This document shows positions 55,114 to 64,000 of a DNA stretch of 64,000 nucleotides, piece after piece. How positions within the stretch are numbered: the first letter of the stretch is position 1; every line of letters begins with the position of its first letter. The position numbers and the translations under genes were made by a program. The stretch spans positions 5,318 through 69,317 of the forward strand of contig CAYXTM010000006.1 in NCBI GenBank assembly GCA_964468585.1, written 5' to 3'. Origin of the DNA: an uncultured Thermoplasmatales archaeon. GTDB taxonomy: Archaea; Thermoplasmatota; Thermoplasmata; Thermoplasmatales; GCA-001856825. The notes beneath the pieces were generated by a model, which worked only from the letters and a program-made list of their open reading frames with translations, made no database searches and was not told the origin of the DNA.

Positions 55114-56200
55114 TCCTTATGAAGGTTGATGGTCCAATTATTTTCAATCCCCTTAACATATTTTCTTTCAAATATTGATAACTTTTGTTATATGAATTCG
55201 GTTTATCCTATTTCAGGAATCACAAACATAATTTTTATAAATTGAAATCCATTAGTAATATCGCGATTTTATATGACTATCCTTTCTCTGATAATTCATT
55301 GTTGATGGGATTGGGGTGTTTTATAATAGAATTACCTATGGTCAGTTGCTATCCATTCAAATGATGCGGTAGATCTGTGTGTTGTGATATATTGATAATC
55401 ATGTGTTACATCAGGGTTGCGGTTTCTATATTCATTATTATTTGTATAAAAGCTCGCTAAGAGAAAAGAAGAGCAAAAGAAACATATTAGTGAAATGTAA
55501 ATGCAGAATATTAAAGACATACGAACTAGCTAAATATGGAATATTCTGAGAGCTTAATATACCTTTAAGTCTCCCAAATGAAATAGATAACCAATAAATA
55601 TTAAAATAGCCATACGAAGCAATACGGAAAAGATAAACTCGAAAGAAGGAAATTTAGAAAAATTGTATTTCGTGCGGCATTATTTGCAACCGCCGAAATC
55701 ATAACCATATTCTATGCCATAGAGCGCATAATCGGATATTTTGAAGCATATATCATGGGAGAAATAATGCTGCAATATTCCTCTCCCGCTCCAACGCCTT
55801 CCTCTTTAACCAGAATTATAGTGGCCAAATATCAGGGCGTAACATTATACCTGGCATTGGTCGAAGGAGTATTAACGACGGTAGTCTTTATAGGCATTAA
55901 TGTTCACTCAATTAGACCTCCGACAAAAGCAAAGGACTCTATGTTAAACTAAGCCGTTATTTTTTTTTGATTCGTTGTATTTAGTAAGCGTTTAACCTTA
56001 ATTTCAAATATTACTCATGAAATACTTTAAAGTTTAATTTTTTCAAAATCAAGAACCTATTTATAGGACCTGTTTTTAATCTCTTAATAGTCCTGTATTT
56101 GAAATGAAAACTAGAATTTAGTCTTCGGTTAAAGTTATTCTGTACAGAAAATTTTAAGGTAAGTTGGCAAACTTTTTAATTCTAAAATAAATCATAAGAA

Positions 56201-57931
56201 GTGCAATATAAGTGGACCGTACTGACCAATACTACTCTTGGAGGGCTGATGTCTTCCATTAACATGACCATAGTATTGATTTCACTACCGGCCATATTCC
56301 GGGGGTTAGGTATAAGTCCCACGGCTCCGGGCGAATTCGTCATCCTACTTTGGGTCATGATGGGCTATAGCATTGTCCTGGCCTCACTTCTGGTGACATT
56401 TGGAAGAATATCAGACTTATACGGGAGAACCAGACTATACACCCTTGGATTCATAATATTCACAACCGGTTCAGTCCTTCTCTCCATAATACCTGATAAT
56501 TCAGGAAATAGAGGAGCCTTAATGCTGATAAGTTTCAGGATGATCCAGGCGGTTGGCGGAGGCCTTCTAATGGTTAACAGTACTGCACTTATAACTGATT
56601 CCTTCGGTCCAACTGAAAGGGGAAAAGCCCTTGGAATAAATCAGATATCGTTCATAACTGGAAATCTCATTGGATTGATTGCTGGAGGATTATTGGCATC
56701 TTATAACTGGCATCTAGTGTTTTTAGTTAGTGTCCCCTTTGCCATTGCAGGCTCCCTCTGGTCTGTTTTTAAGCTGATCCCTACCAAGGGGGTGGGGAAA
56801 GTAAAAATGGACATTTTCGGAAATATTGCACTGGCATCAAGCCTTATTCTGATCAGCCTAGGGTTCACCTATGCTCTTGTACCATATAAATCATCACAAA
56901 TGGGTTGGGGAAACCCATATGTCTGGGCCTCATTTATTGCTGGAATAGTACTGATTGTTATATTTATCTTCATAGAGAGTAAAGTGGAATATCCTCTATT
57001 CAATTTGAAACTATTTAAGATTAGGGCTTTTACTTTCGGTAATTTTGCTGGATTTCTCTCATCGCTAGGAAGAGGGGCAATAATGTTCCTTGTTGTGATC
57101 TGGTTGCAAGGAATCTACCTACCTCTGCACGGATACTCCTACAGCTCAGCTCCATTCTGGGCAGGAATATACATGCTTCCAATGATGGCCGGATTCATAT
57201 CTTTAGGTCCAATTGGAGGGTACCTAACTGACAAATACGGAGCTAGGCTTTTTGCTACACTAGGAATGGTGATAATAGCAATCTCACTATTCTTGCTCAC
57301 CACGCTGCCTTACGATTTCAATCTTATAGAATTTGAACTAATACTTCTTCTGAATGGAATAGGGAGTGGGTTATTTGCATCTCCAAACACCACGGCCATA
57401 ATGAACTCCCTTCCCCCTGAGTATCGTGGAGCCGGAAGTGGCATGAGGACCACATTCAACAACATTGGCCAAACTATCAGCATGGCCATATTCTTTTCAA
57501 TAGCCATAACAGTTTTTACACAGAATCTTCCATCTTCACTTTATTCTTTGTCCATGTCATTGGGTGTCCCAGCTCAGCTATCAAAGCTCATATCTGATAT
57601 CCCAGCTTCAGGAGCACTTTTTGCAGCTTTCCTGGGAATAAATCCTATAAACGGTCTCCCACAAAACCTGCTCTCTGAAGTACCACCAAATGTACTAACA
57701 GCAATTTCCTCCCTGAAGTTCTTCCCAGAGGCAGTAGGTCCTTCTTTCATAATAGGACTGAGAGATTCACTCTATGTTGCTATCATTCTGACACTTATTG
57801 GGGCAGTGCTATCAGCATTCAGGGGAGGGAGATACGTTCACGATGAAATTTCAAAACCAGAATCAAAACCGCATATTTCAGGAGAGACCTCCAAGGGAAA
57901 TACAGGTACGGTGGAGATGCATCAGAAGTAG
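56201..57931 (+). CDS. MFS transporter, 14-TM drug:H+ antiporter (DHA2/EmrB-like)
   Basis: About 14 TM segments, 'GRISDLYGRTRLY', 'RMIQAVGGG'. GTG start. Confidence 0.8.
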   Translation: MQYKWTVLTNTTLGGLMSSINMTIVLISLPAIFRGLGISPTAPGEFVILLWVMMGYSIVLASLLVTFGRISDLYGRTRLYTLGFIIFTTGSVLLSIIPDNSGNRGALMLISFRMIQAVGGGLLMVNSTALITDSFGPTERGKALGINQISFITGNLIGLIAGGLLASYNWHLVFLVSVPFAIAGSLWSVFKLIPTKGVGKVKMDIFGNIALASSLILISLGFTYALVPYKSSQMGWGNPYVWASFIAGIVLIVIFIFIESKVEYPLFNLKLFKIRAFTFGNFAGFLSSLGRGAIMFLVVIWLQGIYLPLHGYSYSSAPFWAGIYMLPMMAGFISLGPIGGYLTDKYGARLFATLGMVIIAISLFLLTTLPYDFNLIEFELILLLNGIGSGLFASPNTTAIMNSLPPEYRGAGSGMRTTFNNIGQTISMAIFFSIAITVFTQNLPSSLYSLSMSLGVPAQLSKLISDIPASGALFAAFLGINPINGLPQNLLSEVPPNVLTAISSLKFFPEAVGPSFIIGLRDSLYVAIILTLIGAVLSAFRGGRYVHDEISKPESKPHISGETSKGNTGTVEMHQK

Positions 57932-58019
57932 GTTCTGATAAGTTCTAATTAGATAGCCTTATAATATGGAATTATACATTTATGATAAATTTTCATTTCA
58001 TTATGGATGAACATACCAT

Positions 58020-58646
58020 TTATAAGTTAACGGACCTCAATCCAATGAGAGCATATTTCCACCTGCTAGAATCTATATACATTGGAGGTTTAATCAGAAA
58101 TTCCAATCTGAAATAATCCTTAATCTTATTTAAGTCAAACTCCATGGGGTCGATGGTTTTGGTTCTTTGTATAAAACCATCAGCATTAAGAAAGAATGAA
58201 TCAGGTTTCAATATTTCATGGATATTTCTATAGGCGACGAACCTTTTCCTGCCAATATTATGAATCACTAGATTAGAAACTGCCAAGTCAACCCTCTCCG
58301 GAATGGGAATTTTTGATGAAATATCAGCTTGAACAATTTGTACCCTGTTTTCCAGACCGAGAATTTGCATGTTTCTTCTAAGTATCTCAATAGAATTGTT
58401 CTTTAAGGAGCTGTGTCTAAAGGTATCGATTGCATATATACGTGAATTAGGAAAATATTCAGCAACAATGGAAGTCAGAAACCCAAGACCACATCCTACG
58501 TCCGCTATTACTAGTGCATCGTTGGCAAGAAAGCCTGTCCTCGAGAAAGCATCAATGAAAATTTTTCTTGCGATTTCCCTCATTTTCTGAGACTGTTTGG
58601 CATTTGAATGATGGTAAGTCCCGAAGTTAGGTTCCTCCACATTCAA
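58020..58646 (-). CDS. class I SAM-dependent methyltransferase
   Basis: Motif I 'VIADVGCGLGFLT'. Confidence 0.8.
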   Translation of the reverse strand: MNVEEPNFGTYHHSNAKQSQKMREIARKIFIDAFSRTGFLANDALVIADVGCGLGFLTSIVAEYFPNSRIYAIDTFRHSSLKNNSIEILRRNMQILGLENRVQIVQADISSKIPIPERVDLAVSNLVIHNIGRKRFVAYRNIHEILKPDSFFLNADGFIQRTKTIDPMEFDLNKIKDYFRLEFLIKPPMYIDSSRWKYALIGLRSVNL

Positions 58647-58837
58647 TCATCCACCTAACGTTTTAAAATTATTTGTGAATCATTTGAATAAATAATCCTT
58701 GAAATGAATTACCCATATATTCTGTGGTAACCTTCAGAGGTTTAAGGATTGCATCAGGAACATTTCAACTAGCCAGATCTTAGGAAAGTAGAAGGTTATT
58801 AAAGTGAGATTGATATCCAAAAGAAAGTGATTATGTA

Positions 58838-59305
58838 TTGAAGAATTGCATAGTTGCAGGTATCCTGATTATGAATTCCAGAGGAGACAAAGTACTATTG
58901 ATAAAGCACAGGAAGCTTGGTATTTGGATTTATCCGGGTGGTCATCTCGAGAAGGAAGAGAATCCCATGGAATGTGCTTTACGAGAAACAATGGAGGAAA
59001 CTGGGATAAGAGTCAAGATTCTTTCCACCATACCATTTGAAATTTCAGAGGGCGCCACTAGGAGCACTCCATATCCATTACTCATTATGGATGAGATAGT
59101 GCCTTACGCTGATGAGCCACACAGGCACTTTGATATTCTCTATCTGGGGGTAGCCTTGGACGAGAAAGTTAGAATTAATGAAGAGGCTGACGATGTAAAG
59201 TGGATTGGGGAAAATGAAATCGATAGCCTCGACACCTTCGAGAATGTAAAATCAATTATAAGATACGGATTTGAAACTTTCAGGAGATTAAATCATTTGA
59301 GTTAA
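58838..59305 (+). CDS. NUDIX hydrolase
   Basis: Nudix box 'GGHLEKEENPMECALRETMEETG'. TTG start in the track. Confidence 0.85.
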   Translation: MKNCIVAGILIMNSRGDKVLLIKHRKLGIWIYPGGHLEKEENPMECALRETMEETGIRVKILSTIPFEISEGATRSTPYPLLIMDEIVPYADEPHRHFDILYLGVALDEKVRINEEADDVKWIGENEIDSLDTFENVKSIIRYGFETFRRLNHLS

Positions 59306-59343
59306 ATGGAAATTTAGAATCTTAGCCATGATAAAAATTATAA

Positions 59344-60156
59344 ATGAATCTCGTATGGATATTTATGGAATCTGAAGAAATGATTGAATACAAAACTTTT
59401 GATGGTTCCGAAGTTAAGGCGTTTCTGGTGGGGAACAGACAATCAAAAAGTGGCATCATAGTAATTCAGGAAATATGGGGTCTGACAAACTTTATAAAAA
59501 ATTATTCTAGAAGATTAGCACAGGAGGGACATCTGGTACTGGCTCCACACCTTTATTCTAGAAGGGAGGAATATGAACTGTTTTCTGAGGAAAATATCGC
59601 CATGGCCATGAGATTATTCTTCAATATCCCTCCGGAACAAAGAGGTAATCCCAGCGCAATACAGGAAGTTCTTAGTAAAGCAAATAAGGAACAAAGGGAA
59701 GTGGTTGAAAAATTGATGATGGACAGGGGGAATCTGGAAGAAAGGATGCTGAAGGACCTGGAGCACGGTTATAGGTACCTCAAAGAAAGATTCCAGATTG
59801 AAAAAATGGGTGTTGTTGGCTTTTGTATGGGTGGTGGTCTGTCCTTCAGGATATCTACAATTTTGCCGTTTGATGCGACAGTTGTATACTATGGCGCTAA
59901 TCCTCCAAATCTTGATGATATATCCAAGCTCAAGGGGCCATTCAATGGAATATATGCAGGTGATGATTCAAGAATAAATGCAGGAATACCAGAAGCCATA
60001 CCTTATTTCATAAAATATGGTAAACAGATTGAGTTGAAGATTTATCCAAATACGAAACATGCCTTTGCCAATACAGATGGCGTTGCATATAATAAGGAAG
60101 CTGCAGAAGACGCCTGGGAAAGGGCATCATCATTTTTCAGGAGGTATCTTAAATGA
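59344..60156 (+). CDS. dienelactone hydrolase family protein
   Basis: 'IVIQEIWGL', nucleophile elbow 'GVVGFCMGGG', C-terminal 'HAF'. Confidence 0.75.
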   Translation: MNLVWIFMESEEMIEYKTFDGSEVKAFLVGNRQSKSGIIVIQEIWGLTNFIKNYSRRLAQEGHLVLAPHLYSRREEYELFSEENIAMAMRLFFNIPPEQRGNPSAIQEVLSKANKEQREVVEKLMMDRGNLEERMLKDLEHGYRYLKERFQIEKMGVVGFCMGGGLSFRISTILPFDATVVYYGANPPNLDDISKLKGPFNGIYAGDDSRINAGIPEAIPYFIKYGKQIELKIYPNTKHAFANTDGVAYNKEAAEDAWERASSFFRRYLK

Positions 60157-60373
60157 AGGAAAAAGAAAGATTGCTCCCCGAATGCTTCCTCACCTGGACA
60201 TCAATTCTTGAATCTTCAGGTGATAGGAGGAATTCAAGCAATGAGGAAGTTAATAATAAAAACAAATAGATTTTATTAATTCATAGAAATATTAATTTTT
60301 TAAAAAGTTAATCTAAAGAGTATAAAAAAAATTTACACATATTTTTGAAACAAAATCCAATGCGTATTGTGAC

Positions 60374-62563
60374 TCACCACCACTTTATGTCAAACCGGTC
60401 AAGTTCCATGATTTTGGTCCAAACTCTCGCAAAGTCCATTACGAATTTTTCATTGGAATCTGCGCTGCCATATACTTCTGAAAGAGCCCTCAGTTCCGAG
60501 TGTGCACCAAATATAAGATCTGCCCTTGTGGCATGCCATCTGACCTCCTTAGTTTTGTAGTCGATGCCCTCAAATAACATTTTCTCTGAATCTACAGGAT
60601 TCCATTTTAGATCATTATCCAAAAGATTTACAAAGAAATCGTTGGAGAGGATTCCAATCCTATCAGTAAGAACACCAAATTTTGAATTTTTGTAATTTAG
60701 CCCAAGAACTCTCATTCCGCCCACCAATACGGTCATTTCTGGAGGTGTCAGAGCTAACAGGTTTGCCTTATCTACTAGATAAAATTCTTCATACTTTCGT
60801 CTATCAAGATTCATATTTCTGAATCCATCTATTCTTGGTTCCAGGACCTTGAAATTCTCTTCATCAGTATCTTCCTGAAGGGCATCATTTCTGCCAGGAT
60901 GGAATGGTAATTCAATATTAAAGCCGCCTAATCTAGCAGCTTCCTCAATGTAGAGATTTCCTCCGAGTACAATCAGGTCCGCCATTGTAATCTTTTTTCC
61001 ATCATTTTGTCTGGAATTAAATTCATTCTTAATTTTCTCAAGTCCTTTAAGGACATCACCTAGCATATCGGGTTCATTGGCCTCCCAATATCTCTGAGGT
61101 TTCAATCTTATTCTAGCGCCGTTTGCTCCACCTCTTTTATCGCTCTTCCTGAATGTAGAAGCGGATGACCATGCCACATAAGCAAGGTTCCTAAGAGAGA
61201 TTCCTGATTCAAGTAGCATCCCTTTCAGGAGAATCTCATCACTCCTATCTATGAGTTTGAAGTCTACTTCAGGGATTGGGTCTTGCCATAGGAGTTTCTC
61301 TTTTGGAACCTCACTTCCAAGTAGTCTTGTCTTTGGTCCCATATCCCTATGTGTTAATTTGAACCATGCTTTAGCAAACGCCTCTTCAAATTTCTTCGGA
61401 TTTTCAAGATAAAACCTTGAGATCTTCTCGTACTCAGGATCAAATCTTAAAGCCAAATCAGTAACAAGCATCATTGGCTTCCTTTTCTTTGTCTGATCAT
61501 GGGCCAAGGGTATTTTTTCTTCCGCATCCTCCGCAACAAACTGCCATGATCCTGCAGGGCTCTTTTCGAGCTTCCAATGGTATTTAAATAAGTTCTCAAG
61601 GAATTCCATACTCCATTTTGTGGGGGTAGAAGTCCAAGTAACTTCAGGACCTCCACCTATTGTATCATCTCCCTTTCCTGACTTATAGTTGCTTACCCAT
61701 CCTATACCCTGATTTTCAATTGGAGCTGCTTCAGGCTCAGGCCCCAAGTGACCGAGTGGCCCGGCTCCATGAGTTTTTCCGAAAGTATGCCCACCAGCAA
61801 TTAGAGCCACGGTCTCTTCATCATTCATACCCATTCTTCTGAAAGTCTCTCTGATATACTTGGCTGCCTTTTTGGGATCTGGTTCGCCATTAGGACCTTC
61901 AGGATTGACGTATATGAGTCCCATGTGGTCAGCTGCCAGTGGATCTTGCAAGTTTCCCTCTCCAGTGTGTCTGGTATCTCCAAGCCACGAGTCCTCAGGC
62001 CCCCAATACACAGATTCATCGGGCTCATAGACATCAACCCTACCACCGCCGAACCCAAATGTGTTGAATCCCATACTTTCCAACGCCACATTACCTGCAA
62101 GAATCATCAGGTCTCCCCAAGATATTTTCCTCCCGTACTTTTGTTTGACTGGCCAGAGGAGTCTCCTTGCTCTGTCTAGTAGCACATTGTCAGGCCAGCT
62201 ATTGACCGGTGGGAATCTTTGCTGGGCTGTATTGGCTCCGCCCCTCCCATCACCTATCCTGTATGTGCCTGCTGCATGCCAGGCCATTCTTATTATAAGC
62301 GGGCCGTAATTTCCAAAGTCTGCAGGCCACCAATCCTGTGAATTTGTAAGAACATTCTTTATGTCTGCTTTGACCTTATTCAAATCCAAAGTTAGAAATT
62401 CGTCCTGATAATTAAAATAACCTCTAAAAGGGTCAGATACTGTTGAGAATTGTCTCAGGACCTTAATGTTCAGTCGGTCAGGCCACCAGTCCTCGATACT
62501 TTTTCCAAATTGAATTCCAATGCCCCTATTTCTTTCGAAATTACCCATGATTAGAACCTCCAA
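60374..62563 (-). CDS. katG: catalase-peroxidase
   Basis: '[12 protein letters not shown]', '[11 protein letters not shown]', '[10 protein letters not shown]'; two-domain, 729 aa. Confidence 0.95.
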   Translation of the reverse strand: MEVLIMGNFERNRGIGIQFGKSIEDWWPDRLNIKVLRQFSTVSDPFRGYFNYQDEFLTLDLNKVKADIKNVLTNSQDWWPADFGNYGPLIIRMAWHAAGTYRIGDGRGGANTAQQRFPPVNSWPDNVLLDRARRLLWPVKQKYGRKISWGDLMILAGNVALESMGFNTFGFGGGRVDVYEPDESVYWGPEDSWLGDTRHTGEGNLQDPLAADHMGLIYVNPEGPNGEPDPKKAAKYIRETFRRMGMNDEETVALIAGGHTFGKTHGAGPLGHLGPEPEAAPIENQGIGWVSNYKSGKGDDTIGGGPEVTWTSTPTKWSMEFLENLFKYHWKLEKSPAGSWQFVAEDAEEKIPLAHDQTKKRKPMMLVTDLALRFDPEYEKISRFYLENPKKFEEAFAKAWFKLTHRDMGPKTRLLGSEVPKEKLLWQDPIPEVDFKLIDRSDEILLKGMLLESGISLRNLAYVAWSSASTFRKSDKRGGANGARIRLKPQRYWEANEPDMLGDVLKGLEKIKNEFNSRQNDGKKITMADLIVLGGNLYIEEAARLGGFNIELPFHPGRNDALQEDTDEENFKVLEPRIDGFRNMNLDRRKYEEFYLVDKANLLALTPPEMTVLVGGMRVLGLNYKNSKFGVLTDRIGILSNDFFVNLLDNDLKWNPVDSEKMLFEGIDYKTKEVRWHATRADLIFGAHSELRALSEVYGSADSNEKFVMDFARVWTKIMELDRFDIKWW

Positions 62564-62793
62564 TTAATCGTTTTCAATTTATGGAATTGAAGCCCCTTCT
62601 TTGAAAATAGTCTTGTTAGCCGAAGAAGCTCTCCGAAAAATCTAATCCCAACATCCAAACTCCGATTGTGAAAGTTTTGGCCCTGATGTGTGTGAATTAT
62701 AATTTGGCTATTATATGACATAGCACCTCAGCTAAATAATTATATTTAATTAATAATCATTTTGTTTTAGAATAAAGTACAATGTAGTACTTA

Positions 62794-62814
62794 TGATAAT
62801 ATAGATAATCATGC
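62794..62814. promoter_or_regulatory. Fur-box-like element (GATAAT ATA GATAAT CAT) in the katG/fur-like divergent region
   Basis: Exact GATAAT hexamers lie at 62795-62800 and 62804-62809. There is a third at 62853-62858 and a near copy, TAATAATCAT, at 62751-62760. Confidence 0.4.
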
Positions 62815-62829
62815 TATTTCGGGAATTAC

Positions 62830-62842
62830 ATAAATTTAAATT
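62830..62842 (+). promoter_or_regulatory. TATA-box-like element of the Fur-family gene
   Basis: ATAAATTTAAATT is centred about 31 nt upstream of the ATG at 62867. A GATAAT hexamer lies between it and the start codon. Confidence 0.35.
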
Positions 62843-62866
62843 ACTTTCAATTGATAATGAGTACAG

Positions 62867-63286
62867 ATGGAACCAAATCCAGTGGAAATGCTGAGAAATA
62901 GTGGAATCAAGGTTACGCCACAGAGGCTATCTTTGCTCGAGATGCTATATAGAGGAGGCCATTATACAGGGGAACAGCTGTATAATATGTTAAAGGAAAA
63001 AATACCGGGGATAAGCATATCTACGGTATATAATACGCTTGAAACATTAGAATCGCTGGGAATTATCAGTTCTTTTGAAGCAAATGGTATGAAATGGTAT
63101 GAGTCAAAAACTAAAGTACACGTAAATATGTATTGTGTAGATGAGGACAGGGTCGTGGATCTTGACTTAGATGTTTCAGAAATTTCCAAAAAATTAAAAG
63201 ACTCTGGAATCGATTATATGAAAATGAACATTATAATCTATTCAAATTGCAAGGATATTGGTAAGAAAAGAATGTCGATAAAATAA
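62867..63286 (+). CDS. Fur-family transcriptional regulator (PerR/Fur-like) lacking complete CxxC pairs
   Basis: 'LRNSGIKVTPQRLSLLEML...ISISTVYNTLETLESLGII' winged helix. The C-terminal region has single Cys residues ('YCVDED', 'SNCKDIG') where Fur proteins usually carry C-x2-C. Confidence 0.75.
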   Translation: MEPNPVEMLRNSGIKVTPQRLSLLEMLYRGGHYTGEQLYNMLKEKIPGISISTVYNTLETLESLGIISSFEANGMKWYESKTKVHVNMYCVDEDRVVDLDLDVSEISKKLKDSGIDYMKMNIIIYSNCKDIGKKRMSIK

Positions 63287-63346
63287 ATATTAAATTGAAG
63301 ACTCCAACATGGTTATCTTTTTATTTTTTCTAAGTTTTAGAATCTA

Positions 63347-63994
63347 TTATAATCCTCCATCTATGTAATTCAATAAATCATCATCCTGCTCTGTGAATTT
63401 TTCTTTTACATTTTCATCAAGCAGATGTCCTCCCTTTATCTTCTTAGTTTCAAGATAAAATGAATTGTATTGGTTTGGTTTAACAATTATTGGAATTCTA
63501 CCTGTGATTTTCACTCCATATGAACTGAGGTTTTTTATTTTATCGGGGTTATTTGTTATGAGTTTAATCGATTTGACCTTTAGAGACCATAACATATGTG
63601 CAGCAATAGCATAATCCCTCTCATCATCCCTGAATCCGAGAATGCGGTTTGCTTCAAAAGTATCGTGACCCTGATCCTGTAACTGATAAGCCCTTATCTT
63701 GTTAGTAAGTCCGATTCCCCTACCTTCCTGTCTCAAATATAGAAGGATTCCTTTTTCCATTTTTCCAAGCATGGCTAATGAAGTCTCCAGCTGCTCCCTG
63801 CAATCACATCTTAATGAACCTATGGCATCACCTGTTAGGCATTCTGAGTGTATCCTCACTGGAACATCCTCCGTCTCCAAGACGTTCCCTCTTATGAAGG
63901 CAGCATGATCCTTGTTATCAAAGTCATTCTGGAATGCAACCGCCTGGAAGTCTCCGAATCTGGTGGGCAGATTGGCTATGGCCACTATTCTCAC
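63347..63994 (-). CDS. ribA: GTP cyclohydrolase II
   Basis: 'RIHSECLTGDAIGSLRCDCREQL', 'YLRQEGRGIGL'. Confidence 0.9.
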   Translation of the reverse strand: MRIVAIANLPTRFGDFQAVAFQNDFDNKDHAAFIRGNVLETEDVPVRIHSECLTGDAIGSLRCDCREQLETSLAMLGKMEKGILLYLRQEGRGIGLTNKIRAYQLQDQGHDTFEANRILGFRDDERDYAIAAHMLWSLKVKSIKLITNNPDKIKNLSSYGVKITGRIPIIVKPNQYNSFYLETKKIKGGHLLDENVKEKFTEQDDDLLNYIDGGL

Positions 63995-64000
63995 ACATGT

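Noticed and set aside
55332-55952. ORFs of 62 aa (minus) and 65 aa (plus) downstream of tRNA-Ser
   Set aside because: No motifs and uncertain starts. They are mentioned only in the context of the ORF-poor tract.
1-64000. CRISPR arrays, rRNA genes, IS elements or transposases, and known defence-system genes
   Set aside because: Reading the intergenic regions showed no regularly spaced repeats of 24 to 40 nt. No ORF has transposase, Cas, nuclease-helicase or restriction-modification motifs that I can recognise.

Overview
AT-rich, densely coding archaeal chromosome segment. The archaeal call rests on two tRNAs without an encoded CCA, Dph2, a PP1-arch phosphatase, an AbrB-PhoU regulator and a Thermoplasma-type glucose dehydrogenase. 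By inference the source is a Thermoplasmatales-like acidophile; the organism is not proven. I can support about 55 protein genes, 3 to 4 disrupted genes and 2 tRNAs (Ala-CGC, Ser-UGA). I saw no rRNA, no CRISPR array and no recognisable transposase.

Main blocks:
- 0.6-2.2 kb: a double cupredoxin surface protein.
- 5.5-10.7 kb: a co-directional run of acyl-CoA ligase, an unknown protein and an ABC exporter.
- 12.8-14.4 kb: a B12-binding radical SAM enzyme.
- 15-19 kb: a tight non-phosphorylative Entner-Doudoroff-type operon (dehydratase, cyclase-family hydrolase, glucose dehydrogenase, MFS).
- 20-31 kb: housekeeping and stress genes.
- 48-64 kb: prpD-prpB, a Tes-like radical SAM protein, purN, dph2, and katG with a divergent Fur-like regulator.

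The most unusual stretch is about 31.4-48.1 kb, which ends at the 3' side of tRNA-Ala. It holds two ORF-poor decayed tracts and a glycoside-utilisation cluster (unassigned GH-like protein, GPH symporter, PIG-L deacetylase coupled to GH1). It also holds a translationally coupled module of a saccharopine-dehydrogenase-like enzyme, three tandem SCP2-fold proteins and an APC permease, which I do not recognise as a described system. A hydrolase trio follows (PHP, Cys-to-Ser nitrilase-like, secernin-like C69). Several of these genes carry single-base lesions.

All family calls are by-eye motif recognition. No searches were run.
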